DNA of 64,000 nucleotides, taken from Octopus sinensis. Its lineage: Eukaryota. The position numbers and the translations under genes are program-made. Below, one piece after another: positions 37,464 through 52,475 of this stretch; the stretch's first letter is position 1; each line of letters starts with the position of its first letter. Below the pieces are notes generated by a model. That model saw only the letters and a program-made list of their open reading frames with translations. It had not been told where the DNA came from and ran no database searches. The stretch is from NCBI RefSeq assembly GCF_006345805.1, contig NC_043010.1:12710001-12774000 (forward strand), given 5' to 3'.

Positions 37464-38528
37464 TAATTGCAATTCTATCACAACACAGATGGATCGTACA
37501 TCTCCTAATGTAATTAAGAAAATCACTTCATACTTATATGGTTTCATGTTCAACCTCAACCTACAGAAACTTGTATATGTATCTTCTGAAGTTGCACAGC
37601 TAGGAGACAGGGCTAGGTGGGCAGTCTGCACCCAAGGTAACACTTTTATGAGTGGCACTTTCAAGTTGGCTGTATAAGCCTATATAGGCTCAAGGGCCCA
37701 AGAGATAATCTCAAACTCAAGGGCTACCCTAAGAGGCACATACTCTAGCTACTCCACTGGTCTGCTGCTATAGTCTCGGATCAATCAGAGTCTTGTTAGT
37801 GAAATTTAGTAAACTGAAACCATCATGGAAGCTTGGTAGGACCTTTTCTGCTCTTGGGTGGTAGACTTAATCCAACAATTCATTCTGCAACACCAGTAAA
37901 CCCTTGGGGGTCTTTAGCAGAGCCAACACTGTTGCACACATTTGAACAGTATCATTTTAAGACATGTACATATTGGACAGTTGCTTTGGGTGCCTATGAG
38001 TGTAGAGGTTTTATGTTAATCTATGTCTACTGTATGTATGTAGATGTACAGAAGCCAATCACACACACAAACATCTCATATTCCCTTCCATATATATATA
38101 TATATATATAAATATATAAATATATATATATATATGGAGAGAGAGAGAGAGAGAGAGACAGAGACAGACAGACGGACAAAGTTGCCATATTTCCTTCTAT
38201 ATCAGCTAACTCTGATGAGCATCAAGCTATATAATCAGTTTGTTACCTAACACACCATTGCATTCTTTACGCGAAACCACCAGGTAAGAACAACTGTGAC
38301 GGAGATTTAATACTATACATTTCAAATAATATATACATACATATTGGAAAAATTCTTTGGTATTATTTATTTCTGTATAATTTACTCGGCAAAAAATATT
38401 TTCTAGTATTTATCACCTCTTACACATGTCTCACACAAACATAACATCTACATGGAGTGGAGTACTGGAATATAAAGTTGCGCTTCATGAGGACACAGTT
38501 TAGATTATAAATCTACTTATATATATAT

Positions 38529-38575
<47 letters not shown>

Positions 38576-38806
38576 CTTTATTTAAAGCAGCAGAAAATTC
38601 AACAAAACCTGTTACTCTGAGTTTCCCGTTGCCGTTCATCGGACAGTTTTTGCTAGAAAAAACAACTGTCCGATGAACGGCAACGGAAAACTCAGAGTAA
38701 CAGTTTTGTTGAATTTTCTGCTGCTTTAAATAAAGCATATTACTCTACCACTGGTAGTTGAGTACTCTTTTTTCCACCTTGTTTCACATTTATGTGTTTA
38801 CTCCGG

Positions 38807-38838
<32 letters not shown>

Positions 38839-38880
38839 ATATATATACATATATGTGTATACATATATGTGTATATATAT

Positions 38881-38926
<46 letters not shown>

Positions 38927-39636
38927 CATATATGTATATATATAAATACATATATACATACATATATACATACATATATATATATATATATAATATATAT
39001 ATAATTCTTTTGTGGGAATGATATATCTCAAAGCACACACATAAAGCTATAAATAATACCTTTCAAATATCGGGATGAGAAGCCCTTTTGGACAGGAAAA
39101 GTCAAAGGTTGCCTGTGTGACATTTTTCTATCGAAAAGGGTTTTTCAAACCCAATACTTAAAGGCTATCATTTATAGCTTTAGGCATGTGCCCCAGGAGA
39201 GATATATTATTCCAAAGAAGAATTATTTCGTGGTATCTTGAAAGTTTATAAAATTCTTATGATATCAACAACACGTGTGTGTGTGTTTGGGGGAGGGTGT
39301 ATTAATATGTATGCATAGGAAGGATTAAGATGTTTTGTGTCGTGCACAGAATAGTATATTGTTAATAATAAGTTAATTAGAAGAAATGAAGGAATTGTTC
39401 CTTAGTATTTGAATATTCACAGGAAATAAAATAAAATAAAATAAATAGATTATTTACACTAATACATTTAAGAATTTTTACTTTATTTAATCTTATTTTA
39501 TTTCATTCCATTTCATTTCATTTACTTGGAAAACTTGGAAACTCTGTATATTAATAAACAAGGAACAATACCTTAATTTCCTCTAACATTATCTATCTAT
39601 CTATCTATCTATCTTTCTATCTATCTATCTATCTAT

Positions 39637-39676
<40 letters not shown>

Positions 39677-39707
39677 ATTGATAGATAGATAGATAGATAG
39701 ATAAATT

Positions 39708-39758
<51 letters not shown>

Positions 39759-40225
39759 TTATATGTATAGGAGCAAGCATGACTGTGATTAAGCAGTTTA
39801 GTTCATCACCATGTGGTTTCAGATTCAATCTCAGACTGGAGCATCTTGACCAAGCATCTCTTACAATAGTCCTGTGCTAAGCAAAGCATTTTGAGTGAAT
39901 TTTAGTTGACAGAAACCGACAAAAGCCCTTCATATACATGTGTGTGTGTGTGTATGTATGTATATATATACAAATACATACACACACATATATATATATG
40001 GATCAAAACAGTTTTGATATAAACTCCTTGGTACTCTGAGTTTCAAGTGTGCTGCTAATCTTTGGCCATGAACTCCAATGCTGAAGATTAGCACCATGCT
40101 TGAAACTCAGAGTACCAAGAATTTTGAATCAAATGGTTTTCATCCATTCATGCAACTTACAATACATTTGTTGAGTGCCCCGATTTTGTTTGTCTACTCA
40201 CTCCTATATATATGTGTGTGTGTAT

Positions 40226-40296
<71 letters not shown>

Positions 40297-40375
40297 TATA
40301 TATTATATATATATATATGTATGTATGTATATATATTTCTGTAAATAATAATAATTAAAAGCTTATATATATATA

Positions 40376-41017
40376 CTAGCAGCATAGCCCGGCGTTGCCC
40401 GGGTATGTAAGAGCCCCTAGTAGGCAATGACTAATCCCAATCTAGTCCTTTCCCTCTAGGGAACGAAGGTGCATGTGTAGGTTGCAATGTCTTCTCTTCA
40501 CTCCCAAATAACTATCAAACAGCTATCGATAATTCAACCCAACCAATTCCTACCAGGAAGAAATTACATTTGAGACTTTACCCCCAACACTTCTGCTAAT
40601 AGCTGCTGCAGCCGCAAGTTATTCGAATGCTTTTTTTGTTTACACATTCTTTATAACTACCACCCCAAACGTTTTACCTTAAATTTTTTACGTACCCTAT
40701 GGGTCCTCGGACACTACTTTCAAACTCTTGGTTTATTATAAACCGCTTTTGTCGTGTGCACCAAAAAATCTTTTCCATTCGTTTGTTCAGTTTGGTCACT
40801 TTTGACTTTTTCGTTGTTGTCACTCACATTGCTGCCCGCTTTTTTTGCCGTTTTTGTACATTTTTATACATTTTGGGATACTTACCCCACGTGTTCCGAG
40901 AGTTAAAAAGGTCGAGTTGCGTCCCCATGACAGTCTGTAGAAAATGTGTTGCATATAAAAAGCTTAGATTCTCGACCCATGTCGAATTTATCGATTTATT
41001 TTCAGAACTGGGGGAAC
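40376..41017 (-). mobile_element. 5'-truncated non-autonomous Helitron
   Basis: CTAG|T end with a cccgggcaacgccggg hairpin; shares an internal block with 18820-19201. Confidence 0.75.
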
Positions 41018-41489
41018 TGCATTTATGAGGCTTTGATCCACACAATGTTATAGTCGAAGACACTTGCCCAATGTGTCATAAAGTGGGACTGAACCTGGAA
41101 CCATATGGTTGGGAAGCAAGCTTCTTACCACACACCCATGTGAGCTACTAAAAGTTCCGTGCTTCCAATAAAACAATGGTCAAATGAGCTTGTAATAGTA
41201 TGCTGTGTATCAGATAATCATTCAGACAAAATCATGAATGATTGCCTGACACACAATATGCTATAGAAGCTTACTTGCCAATTATATTATCAGAGGCATG
41301 AAACTTATTGTAACTCACATTTAAATCCTGTGTATATCACATGATATTTATCCCTCTCTGGATGAAGTAGGTTGTTTCTGAGTCCACCAACAGTGAAAAA
41401 GTACACCATAATAAATATATATACCCATGCCAACCCACTTTGCTTGCGAAGACATGTTGGGGCAAGCAAAATCGCAATCGAATTGAACC

Positions 41490-41830
41490 AGCCAGGATCC
41501 CTGGTCTGGTGGTGCGTAAAAAGCACTATCCGACTCGTGGCCGATGCCAGCGCCGCCTCGACTGGCTTCCGTGCCGGTGGCACATAAAATACACCAATCC
41601 GACCATGGCCATTGCCAGCCTCGCCTGGCACCTGTGCAGGTGGCACGTAAAAAGCACCCACTACACTCACGGAGTGGTTGGCGTTAGGAAGGGCATCCAG
41701 CTGTAGAAACATTGCCAGATCAGACTGGGCCTGGTGCAGCCTTCTGGCTTCCCAGATCCCCGGTCGAACCGTCCAACCCATGCTAGCATGGAGAACGGAC
41801 GTTAAACGATGATGATGATGATGATGATGA
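41490..41830 (+). mobile_element. S3 element
   Basis: Homology to S3. Confidence 0.88.
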
Positions 41831-41844
41831 TATATATATATATA

Positions 41845-42064
41845 TAGTAATCCCTCGAGTATCATGGGTGTTACTTTCCAAAACCCTGCTACGATAGGTG
41901 AAAATCCATGAAGCAGAAACAGTACTGTATATCCTTTTTTTATTGTTTTTATGATTTGCATATATTTATTCTATTATAAATGCAAAACAACACCACAGAG
42001 AGATAAACATAAGATTAAATAAGAAACTGCGATAGGTGAACCACAATATGGCGAGGGGTTACTA
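41845..42064. mobile_element. pogo/Tigger-like MITE
   Basis: TIRs tagtaatccctcg / cgaggggttacta in a TA-repeat context. Confidence 0.65.
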
Positions 42065-42072
42065 TATATTTA

Positions 42073-42308
42073 TATATTTCTTTACTATCCACAAGGGGCT
42101 AAACACAGAGGGGACAAACAAGGACAGACAAATGGATTAAGTCGATTACATCGATCCCAGTGCGTAACTGGTACTTAATGTATCGACCCCCGAAAGGATG
42201 AAAGGCAAAGTCGACCTCGACGGAATTTGAACTCAGAACGTAACGGCAGACGAAATACGGCTACGCATTTCGCCCGGCGTGCTAACGTTTCTGCCAGCTC
42301 GCCGCCTT
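42073..42308 (-). mobile_element. S2 SINE
   Basis: Homology to S2. Confidence 0.9.
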
Positions 42309-42354
42309 AATATATATATATATATATGTGTGTGTTTGTGTGTGTGTATTCTAT

Positions 42355-42965
<611 letters not shown>

Positions 42966-43589
42966 ATCTACACATATATATATAAATATACACCCACATG
43001 TGTGTGTATGCATATGCCTATGCATGTCTGTATATGTATACATATATATGATAGTGTGTGTATATTTATGTATGTATGTATATGATTTTGTGTATGCTAG
43101 TGTAAAATAGGGTTGCTTTGCGTTCCACCACTTCACAAGGTATCTTAGCTATTCAGCAGAAAACAAATCATACTCGAGTTGATACGTGTTTCTAAAGCCC
43201 TTGAAGGCAGTGCTCTTGCATGGGCGTAGTCCAATGATTGATTCCAGCAAAATAATTAAAAATTAAAGTAATGGTAGTGAATGATGGCAACGCATTGGTT
43301 AAGAAAGATACTGATAGCAACATAGTCATAATTATCGGTGCTAATGATATAAATGGTAATTGAGGCAGTGATGACAGTGTAGACGTAGTGACAGTCATCG
43401 TGATGACAGTGTGGTGGTGGTGGTGTGGTTGTGGTGGTGGTGGAAGCTTCAGTGGTGATGGTGCCAGCATCATATCATGATTGTAAAGATTAGTGTATTA
43501 ATCTAATAACACTATCATTCATTCGACACCTTCACATAATAACATGCTGTTAAGAAAAGATTTGCTTATGTCTGGTGATGTTTCCCTGG

Positions 43590-45561
43590 TGCTGCTGAAA
43601 CTGTCGACATTGATGATGATGGAGATGACGATGATCATGATGATTAAGATGATGATGATGACGATGATGATGATTAAGATGATGATGATGACGATGATGG
43701 AGATGACGATGATGATGATTAAGATGATGATGATAACGATGATAATGATGATGATGACGATGATGATGATTAAGATGATGATGACGATGATGATGATGAC
43801 AATGATGATGATGATGATGATGGAGATGACGATGATGATGATTAAAATGATGATGATTAAGATGATGATGATGACGATGATGATGATGATGACGATGATG
43901 ATGATGGCGATGATGATGATGACGATGATGATGATACGATGCTGCTGATGATTATAACCGACTGATGTTGACAATAATGATGAGGAGGCGAATGACAACA
44001 ATGATGATGATGAGGAGTATATAGACAATGATAGACAGAATGGGGATGATGATGGTGGTGATGATGATGATGATGAAGAGGAGGCGGAGGCCAATGGCTG
44101 TAAGTTATCAAGATGAAGATGATAATGATGATGAGGAGGAGGAGGCCAAAGGCAGTAAGTTATGAAGATGATGATGATGATGAGGAGGAGGACAAAGAGA
44201 AGGATGATGAGGAAGAGACCAATGGCAGTAAGTTATGAGGATGGCAATGGTGTAAATGATGATGATGATGATGATGATAAAGTAATGATGGCAGTGGCGA
44301 TGTTGAAGCTGTCAGGGGCGGAGGCGTTGATGCCAGCGACATTGATGCTAATGGTGAATGGTAGCTATAACGATGACAGTGGTGATGGTGGTGGTGGTGG
44401 TGGTGGTGGTGATCGTGATCGTGATGCTGATTGTGGTGGTGGTGGTGGTGGTGATGCTGATGGTGGTGGTGATGGTGGTGATGGTGGTGATGCTGATGCT
44501 GATGGTGGTGGTAGTGATGCTGATGGTGGTGGTGGTGGTGGTGGTGGTGATGCTGATGCTGATGGTGGTGATGGTGGTGATGCTGATGCTGATTGTGGTG
44601 ATGGTGGTGATGGTGGTGGTGGTGGTGATGCTGATTGTGGTGGTGTTGGTGGTGGTGGTGGTGGTGGTGACGGTAGTGATGCTGGTGGTGGTGATGGTGA
44701 TGCTGATGCTGCTGATGGTGGTGGTGGTGGTGGTGGTGGTGGTGATGCTGATTGTGCTGGTGGTGGTGGTGGTGGTGGTGGTGGTGGTGGTGGTGATGCT
44801 GATTGTGGTGGTGGTGGTGGTGGTGGTGGTGGTGGTGACAGCGGTGGCGTGGAAAGAATTGACTAATCTACCAACAATAACATTTGACATCAGCCTGAAA
44901 TAATTACAAGCTGGAAATGGTAAGCAATGACAATGTGATTAAAGATTTCAGCATTAGTGTCACTGAAAGTGATGAGGAGGAGGAGAGAGGCGGGGGGGTA
45001 GAGGTGCAAGGTGTGCAGTCAGATTGTGTTGGGTGCGTGGAGGCTGAGCGGGGCGGGGGGTGGGGGTGCGATGAGGAGAACCTGTGATAATGGCAGCAAT
45101 GATAACAGCAATGATCAGCCAGATGTTGACAGCTGTCTCAAATCAGGAAAAGAGAAACGGAGGGGGTGGGGGTGGGGGAGGGGAGAGAAAGAAGCGGAGG
45201 CGGGGAGGAGGAGGAGGAAAGAAATGGTTGGGAACGACGGTGTGCCATGGTGGCGCGGGGAGCGAGCGAGGGGGGAGATGTTCGTGTAGCTTTACTAACG
45301 GTGAGAGTGATGGAGAAGCTTTATATTGAGTTAATGGACTGTGGTGATGATGGTGATGGTGATGGTATTGGTGGTGGTGGTGGTGGTGGTGGTAGTGGTG
45401 GTGGTGGTGGTGTGGTGGTGGTGATGATGATGATTATGGTGTTGATTATTATTATCATCATCATGTTTGTGATAAGAAGAATGAAGTGGAGGTGGAGGGA
45501 GCAATAGAATAGAAAGGGGAGCTGACAATATTAAGATGATGATGATGGTGATGATGATGAT

Positions 45562-45593
<32 letters not shown>

Positions 45594-45660
45594 GATGATG
45601 ATGACGGCGACGATGAGAATAATGATGGCAACGATGAATATTGATGGTGATGAAAATGAA

Positions 45661-45699
<39 letters not shown>

Positions 45700-45760
45700 T
45701 ATAAAGATGAAAATGATGATGTTCATGATGATGATGATGATGATGATGAGGTTAACTATT
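43590..45760. repeat. (GAT)n/(GGT)n compound microsatellite region
   Basis: Direct reading. Confidence 0.9.
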
Positions 45761-45784
45761 GCAGTGAGAGAGACAGGCAAACAA

Positions 45785-45815
<31 letters not shown>

Positions 45816-45968
45816 AACAGACAAATTTCAAAAATTTTCACACTTTTCGAAATATCATCACTCTAATACAGATATCATCACACTACAGCAGTTATAGATG
45901 AGCATAAATTTATCGATATCAGTAATATATAGATTGTCATGGAACAGTATCGAATATAGTTATATACA

Positions 45969-46030
<62 letters not shown>

Positions 46031-46239
46031 CATACAGTTGTGATATCACTTGCAGTATAGATCATTATAGAGATACAGATATTGCTTTAGTACGTACACA
46101 CACACACGCACACACACATGCTCATGCATGATCACTGAAATTAGCTAACTTCAGAATTAAAGGTATCACAATGTTATAATGTAAAATTGGAATATCTCGA
46201 CTGCAGGAATCAGTATAGCATCATAGATATTACTGTAGC

Positions 46240-46275
<36 letters not shown>

Positions 46276-46782
46276 TTAAAATAATAAAGGTGAAAAATTG
46301 AATATTAATTTGATTAATATCAATTTAAAACCAGTGGTCTAGCATATAGAAAATTCTGAAGATTCAGAAAAATTATATTACATACATATAAGAGGGATGA
46401 CCACTAAGCGAACATCCATTATGCTAGAAGTAGATCTGTTATGGTCTAACCACTAAGAAAGGAATGTTCTCAAGAAAATTTAGCAAACACCAGCGAGTAA
46501 GACAAATGAAAAGAAACAAAACACAGATTAATCATGAACTAGTTTCGCTATTAACACTTACGTATTTGTCAGTAGCTCTTCAGTATGATTGCCATTGCAG
46601 ATATAATTTGCAGAACTATATACAGAACTGTATAAAGGTGCAGGTATGGCTATGTTCAGAACGTTGTTTTGAAACTAAATGGCTTCAGCTTCAAACCTAT
46701 TGTGTGCCAGCTTGAGCAAGTGTCTTCTACAATAATGCTGAACCAACCAATTGTATAGATGGAAACTGTTTGAAAGCCTATT

Positions 46783-46814
<32 letters not shown>

Positions 46815-47456
46815 ATATGTATTCAATTATGAATTAAAAGCAGAGCTAGTGTTGTAAACACGATCAGCTGCACATATTCAGTGTGTGTTTCACTTGTTCA
46901 CCAGTTCACTGTAGTATAACACTTGAGAGAGTATGTGTGTGTGTGTGTGCGTATGTGTGTGTGTGTGTGTGTGTGTGCATTTTTGTGCTTGTGTTTGTCC
47001 ACCAGCCCTGCCATTTGATAACCAGTCGGGGGGGGGGGGGTTACATCCCTGTGACTTAGCGGTCCAGCAAAAGAGACCAATGGAATAAGTACCAGCGTTA
47101 AAAATAAGACATGTACTGAACTCAAATTGTTGATGCAAACCCTTCAAGGCAATGCTGTAGCATGGCCACTGTGAAATAACTGAAATAAGTGAAAGATAAA
47201 AGATAGCATAAGTGTAAATAGCAAATTAAAACACTTTTCATCTCTAACGACGAGGTTAATTGTTTGAAAAATGCTAATTATTGTATATTATTGTATCTTT
47301 CATCTGTGCTAAAGTTCAAATTGCAATATAGGATCAATATACTATCGATATGTGAAGGCACGTGGTTTAGTGGTTAAGATAGCTGGCTCATGATCATAAG
47401 GCCGTGAATTCAATTCACAGCAGAGCATTGTGTCCTTGAGTAAGACACTTTATCTG

Positions 47457-47840
47457 TGTGGTAAGTAGCTTGCTTACCAACCACATGGTTCCGGGTTCAG
47501 TCCCACTGTGTGGCATCTTGGGCAAGTGTCTTCTGCTATAGCCCCGGGCCGACCAATGCCTTGTGAGTGGATTTGGTAGACGGAAACTGAAAGAAGCCTG
47601 TCGTATATATATATGTATGTGTGTGTGTGTTTGTGTGTCTGTGTTTGTCCCCCTAGCATTGCTTGACAACCGATGCTGGTGTGTTTACATCCCCGTCACT
47701 TAGCGGTTCGGCAAAAGAGACCGATAGAATAAGTACTGGGCTTACAAAGAATAAGTCCCGGGGTCGATTTGCTCGACTAAAGGCGGTGTTCCAGCATGGC
47801 CGCAGTCAAATGACTGAAACAAGTAAAAGAGTAAAAGAGA
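47457..47840 (+). mobile_element. S1 SINE
   Basis: Homology to S1. Confidence 0.9.
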
Positions 47841-48320
47841 GAGAGAGCACCTGTATTTCAAACCATTTCTTCCCCCCCCCCCCGATTTCTCCCTCCAGCC
47901 CCTTCCTCTCCGTTCTCTTTTCTTGATTTGAGACAGCTGTCAACATCTGTTATCATTGCTGTCATTATCACAGGCTCTCCCCTATAGCTCCCCGCTCAGC
48001 CACTCAGCCACCATGCACCCAACATAATCTGACTGCACTCCTTGCACCTTTACTCCCTCCACGTTTCTCCCTGAATCTCCCTGAGAACTATGTTAAGGGT
48101 ATGTGTGTTTGTGAAGCACTCAGCCACTTGTGCATTAATTTCACAAGCAGGCTGTTCCAGGGATTGGATCAAATGGAATCCATATCATCAGAACTGACGG
48201 AGTTCCACTATCGACATGTCACATGTGCAGGCAATACTGTGAGATTAAGAAATTAGCTTCCCACTTTCATAGCTTCAGGTTGAGCCCTGTTCTGTGGTAC
48301 CTTACACAAGTGTCTTCAGT

Positions 48321-48690
48321 GGAGGCGCAATGGCCCAGTGGTTCGGGCAGCGGAAAATCGCAGTTTCGATTCCCAGACTGGGCATTGTGAGTGTTTATTG
48401 AGCGAAAACACCTAAAGCTCCACGAGGCTCCAGCAGGGGGTGGTGGTGAACCCTGCTGTACTCTTTCACCACAACTTTCTCTCGCTCTTTCTTCCTGTTT
48501 CTCTTGTACCTGTATTTCAAAGGGCCAGCCTTGTCACACTCTGTGTCACGCTGAATCTCCTCGAGAACTACGTTAAGGGTACACGTGTCTGTGGAGTGCT
48601 CAGCCACTTGCACGTTAATATCATGAGCAAGCTGTTCCGTTGATCGTATCAGCTGGGACCCTCATCGTCGCAACCGACGGAGTGCTCCTA
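48321..48690 (+). mobile_element. SINE family S4 (head GGAGGCGCAATGGCCCAGTGG)
   Basis: tRNA-like head; 14-bp flanking repeat TACACAAGTGTCTT at 48303-48316 and 48695-48708. Confidence 0.88.
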
Positions 48691-49219
48691 TATCTACACA
48701 AGTGTCTTTTATTATAAATTAAGGCTACCCTATGCTTTCAGAGCAGATTTAATAAATGGGAACTGTAAGAGAATGCTGTAAACTGCTGAACAGAGAACAG
48801 TGGAAGGGAAATCCGATTTGAAATAAACCTGCAGTGCAAATTCTTTCAGTGATCTTCATGGCCACGTGGGAAAAACCACAATTCAGGGAAATAAGATTGC
48901 CTGAAGGTTCACAGTTCAAACCCCATGAAAGACGGAAATTCGAAAATAGCAGAGGGACACCTAAGAGTCATGACCAGGGAGGGATTGGTTCCTTTAGGGC
49001 GTCAGCAACTAAGAGGCCAAAACACTAGCTAAACAGAAGTGCTTCTGAAGATTTCTCTTAGCATCTGCTTGTCCCGTAGCAAGTGTCTGCTTACTATATC
49101 TTACTTATTTTGCTTACTATATCTACTGTCCCCACAAAAAACACAGTAAATCAACTTACTATGTTTTGTCGTAGAATGGATATTTGAATTCCTTAGGATG
49201 ATGCTTCATACATACAAGT

Positions 49220-49247
49220 GATATGATCACCATCATCTTCATCATTC

Positions 49248-49296
<49 letters not shown>

Positions 49297-49330
49297 TCTC
49301 ACCATCATCTTCATCATCATCATCATCATC

Positions 49331-49361
<31 letters not shown>

Positions 49362-49374
49362 TCTCACCATCATC

Positions 49375-49418
<44 letters not shown>

Positions 49419-49447
49419 TCTCATCATCATCATCATCTTCATCATTC

Positions 49448-49482
<35 letters not shown>

Positions 49483-49520
49483 TCATCATCATCATCATCA
49501 TCATCACCACCACCACCACC
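49220..49520. repeat. (CAT)n microsatellite
   Basis: Direct reading. Confidence 0.95.
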
Positions 49521-50114
49521 ACCGCTATCATTCAACATTTGTTTTCCACGCTAGCATCCTTTGCACGGATTTTGGAATATTTTCAATTTTTTCCTTATAC
49601 AGCAACAGTAAGAGGAAAAAAAATTAGGGTAAATTTTTTTCAAGTTTTTTTTTAGCCGTTTTCTCAGTTTCTTGATTTTTAAGCTTAACGTGTTTTGTCA
49701 GAGGAGGGCCGATATATGTAGGTATATGTGCATGTGTATGTATTTATATGGGTGTGTACATGTGTGTGTGTGAGTTCCTACGTTTTCAGGTTTTCCCACA
49801 TGCTCGTTGGTTGTAAACAACGCCACTGTCATTCGCTTGTAATCCATTGTGAAAGCACATTCGGGCTTCTTCTTGAGAATTCTTGACATGTTGCACAGTC
49901 GTTGTAAACAAAAGTCTCATTCAAACAATGTCCAACACACCGCACCGTTGGTTCTGCAAGTTCAATTCTCTAGACTAGCGTACTCTATTTCATTGTCTGC
50001 AAGGAAGCCAATGACCTCAGCAAGATTCGGAATCGGAAAGCAGTGAGTTGGAATAAATACCAAAAATCATTTGGTCCAGTGCTCTGAGAAGAAGGTCATA
50101 GAAGAAAAACCAAG

Positions 50115-50122
50115 TTGTTGTT

Positions 50123-50194
<72 letters not shown>

Positions 50195-50460
50195 CAGCAG
50201 CAGCAGCAGCAATAGTAGTAGTAGTAGTAGTAGCAGCAGCAGCAGTAGTAGTAGTAGTAGTAGTAGTAGCAGCAGCAGCAGCAATAGTAGTAGTAGTAGC
50301 AGCAGCAGCAGTAGTAGTAGTAGTAGTAGCAGCAGCAGTAGTAGTAGTAGTAGTAGCAGCAGCAGTAGTAGTAGTAGTATAGTAGTAGCAGCAGCAGTAG
50401 TAGTAGTAGTAGCAGCAGCAGTAGTAAGTAGTAGTAGTAGTAGTAGTAGCAGCAGCAGCA

Positions 50461-50517
<57 letters not shown>

Positions 50518-50525
50518 AAGTAGTG
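50115..50525. repeat. (TAG/CAG)n compound microsatellite
   Basis: Direct reading. Confidence 0.95.
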
Positions 50526-50752
50526 AAGAGCCTTAATATTTAAAGGTATCTTACTACCCATAAGGGAGCAGAGGATGGCAATGATGCCATTGGCCTGGCT
50601 GTACGTATTTATTATCAAGGCTGCGACTGGAAAATACGTTGAAATATTTCAGCATTTAATGTTTATCTTTAAATTCTTTGATCAACAAAACCGGTTACCA
50701 ATATCAAGTTGGTGGTGTGGATAGTATGCAAAGTTGTATGTCTGCAACTATG

Positions 50753-51178
50753 CATAGGAATGGCTGTGTGTTAAGAAGCTTGCTTCCCAACAACGTGGTT
50801 CAGGGTTCAATTCCACTGCGTAGTACCTAGTGTCTTCTACTATAGCCTTGGACTGACCAAAACCTTGTGAGTGAATCTGGTAGACGGAAACTGAAAGAAA
50901 CCCATTGTGTATATAAATATATATATATATATATGTATGTATGTATATATTTATGTGTGTGGATGTGTTTGTTCCCCACCACTGTTGCTTGACAACTGAT
51001 GTTAGTGTATTTGTGTCCCTGTAACTTAGCAGTTCAGCAAGAGAGAGTGATAGAATAAGTACCAAGCTTACAAAGAATAAATCCTGGTGGGTGAGTGGGG
51101 GTCGATTTCTTTGACTAAAAGGCTGTGCTCCAGCATGGCTACAGTCAAATGACTGAAATAAGTAAAAGAGTAGAAGAG
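50753..51178 (+). mobile_element. Diverged S1 SINE
   Basis: Homology to S1. Confidence 0.8.
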
Positions 51179-51520
51179 TATTCAGAAAGAAAGTGCAGAA
51201 CTGCTGCTCTTCAACCAAGTTTAGATGACCAACTGTCCTTGTACACATCACTAGAACCGATATTCACAAGAATGGATACAGGAGTTTCTCAGTCACTCAA
51301 ACATGCTGGAAATAGCAGCTAAATTTCTTTTAAAATCTCACCCTGTCGTCTTATAAAAAGAGGAAGAACCATTTAGATAATGCAGTCTTCGTAACCTATA
51401 AAAAGGTAGGATAGCCACATTTGGAATGCTTTTGATCAGAACTAAACAGCAACAACAACAACAACAGCAACAACAACAACAGCAACAACAACAGCAACAA
51501 CAACAACAGCAACAACAACA

Positions 51521-51551
<31 letters not shown>

Positions 51552-52372
51552 ACATACAGTGACATATTGACTGTAGACTGTGCAGGAAATGCAATATGTT
51601 CAAACAACGATTCTACATGCCATGCAATAAACCATTGCATTTCAGAGTACATAGTGTTGCCCTTGATCAAACAAAAACACAATATATCTGCTGTGCTCTG
51701 ATCTGTTGAATACATCCAGTTATTTGACTGGCTAGCTACGTGTCATAGATCTGTTTCACCAAGAATGACCAGAAGACACATAAGGCAGAATGTAAATTAT
51801 ATTTGTCAAAAACTTTTACGAGACCTAGTCAACGGATAGTAATTAATAATAGTGATGGTGATGACAATTTAAACAATTTCATAGTCTCGGTTTACCATAA
51901 CTATCATCATTGGTTTGGCCGTCACTATCATCATTAATATAATTATATTAATATTCACTTCTGGTAGGACCCAATGGTGGAGCTACTTGGAAACTCTACC
52001 CAACAACCCACCTGGGAATAGAGGGTGGAGAAAATGGATGAATGGATATTAACATTGTAATTATATTATTAACATTGTTAACATTATATACTATTATCAA
52101 CATATAAAGCTCATAGGTGTCACGATGATAACATCATAATTCAAGTCTGGTGTCCACCGATATAATATGACAATTATCCTCCACATCGATAATTATGTAG
52201 TGTTTCATTACCATAAAGCTATGATAGAGGTATGAGTTTAAGAACTTTAATTTAAGAGTATAATTTTCTGTTCATCACAATTGTAATGGTATATCATAAG
52301 TATATTATGATTTTGGTAATCATCATAGATAGCTGCAAAACAATATCGTTTAGCTACCGTGAAGATAGTAAC

Positions 52373-52436
<64 letters not shown>

Positions 52437-52475
52437 TAATAATAATAATATGATGATGATGATAATAATAATAAT

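Noticed and set aside
38215-38240. CTGATGA-GC...GC as a hammerhead
   Set aside because: No GAAA follows.
39060-39127. Minus-strand candidate exon linking 46562 to 29427
   Set aside because: Weak donor (GTATTA); the stitched peptide resembles nothing, so it is likely overfitting.
44162-44866. Gly/Asp-rich 234-aa ORF
   Set aside because: (GGT/GAT)n repeat open in several frames on both strands.
46352-46372. CTGAAGA-TTCA-GAAA as a hammerhead
   Set aside because: No helix II and no helix I pairing; it is a small palindrome.
48834-49028. 64-aa ORF after a ttctttcag acceptor
   Set aside because: No recognisable domain and no compatible upstream exon.
51426-51701. PolyQ ORF with mixed CAA/CAG codons
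   Set aside because: No credible start or splice context, and the downstream 40 aa are unrecognisable.
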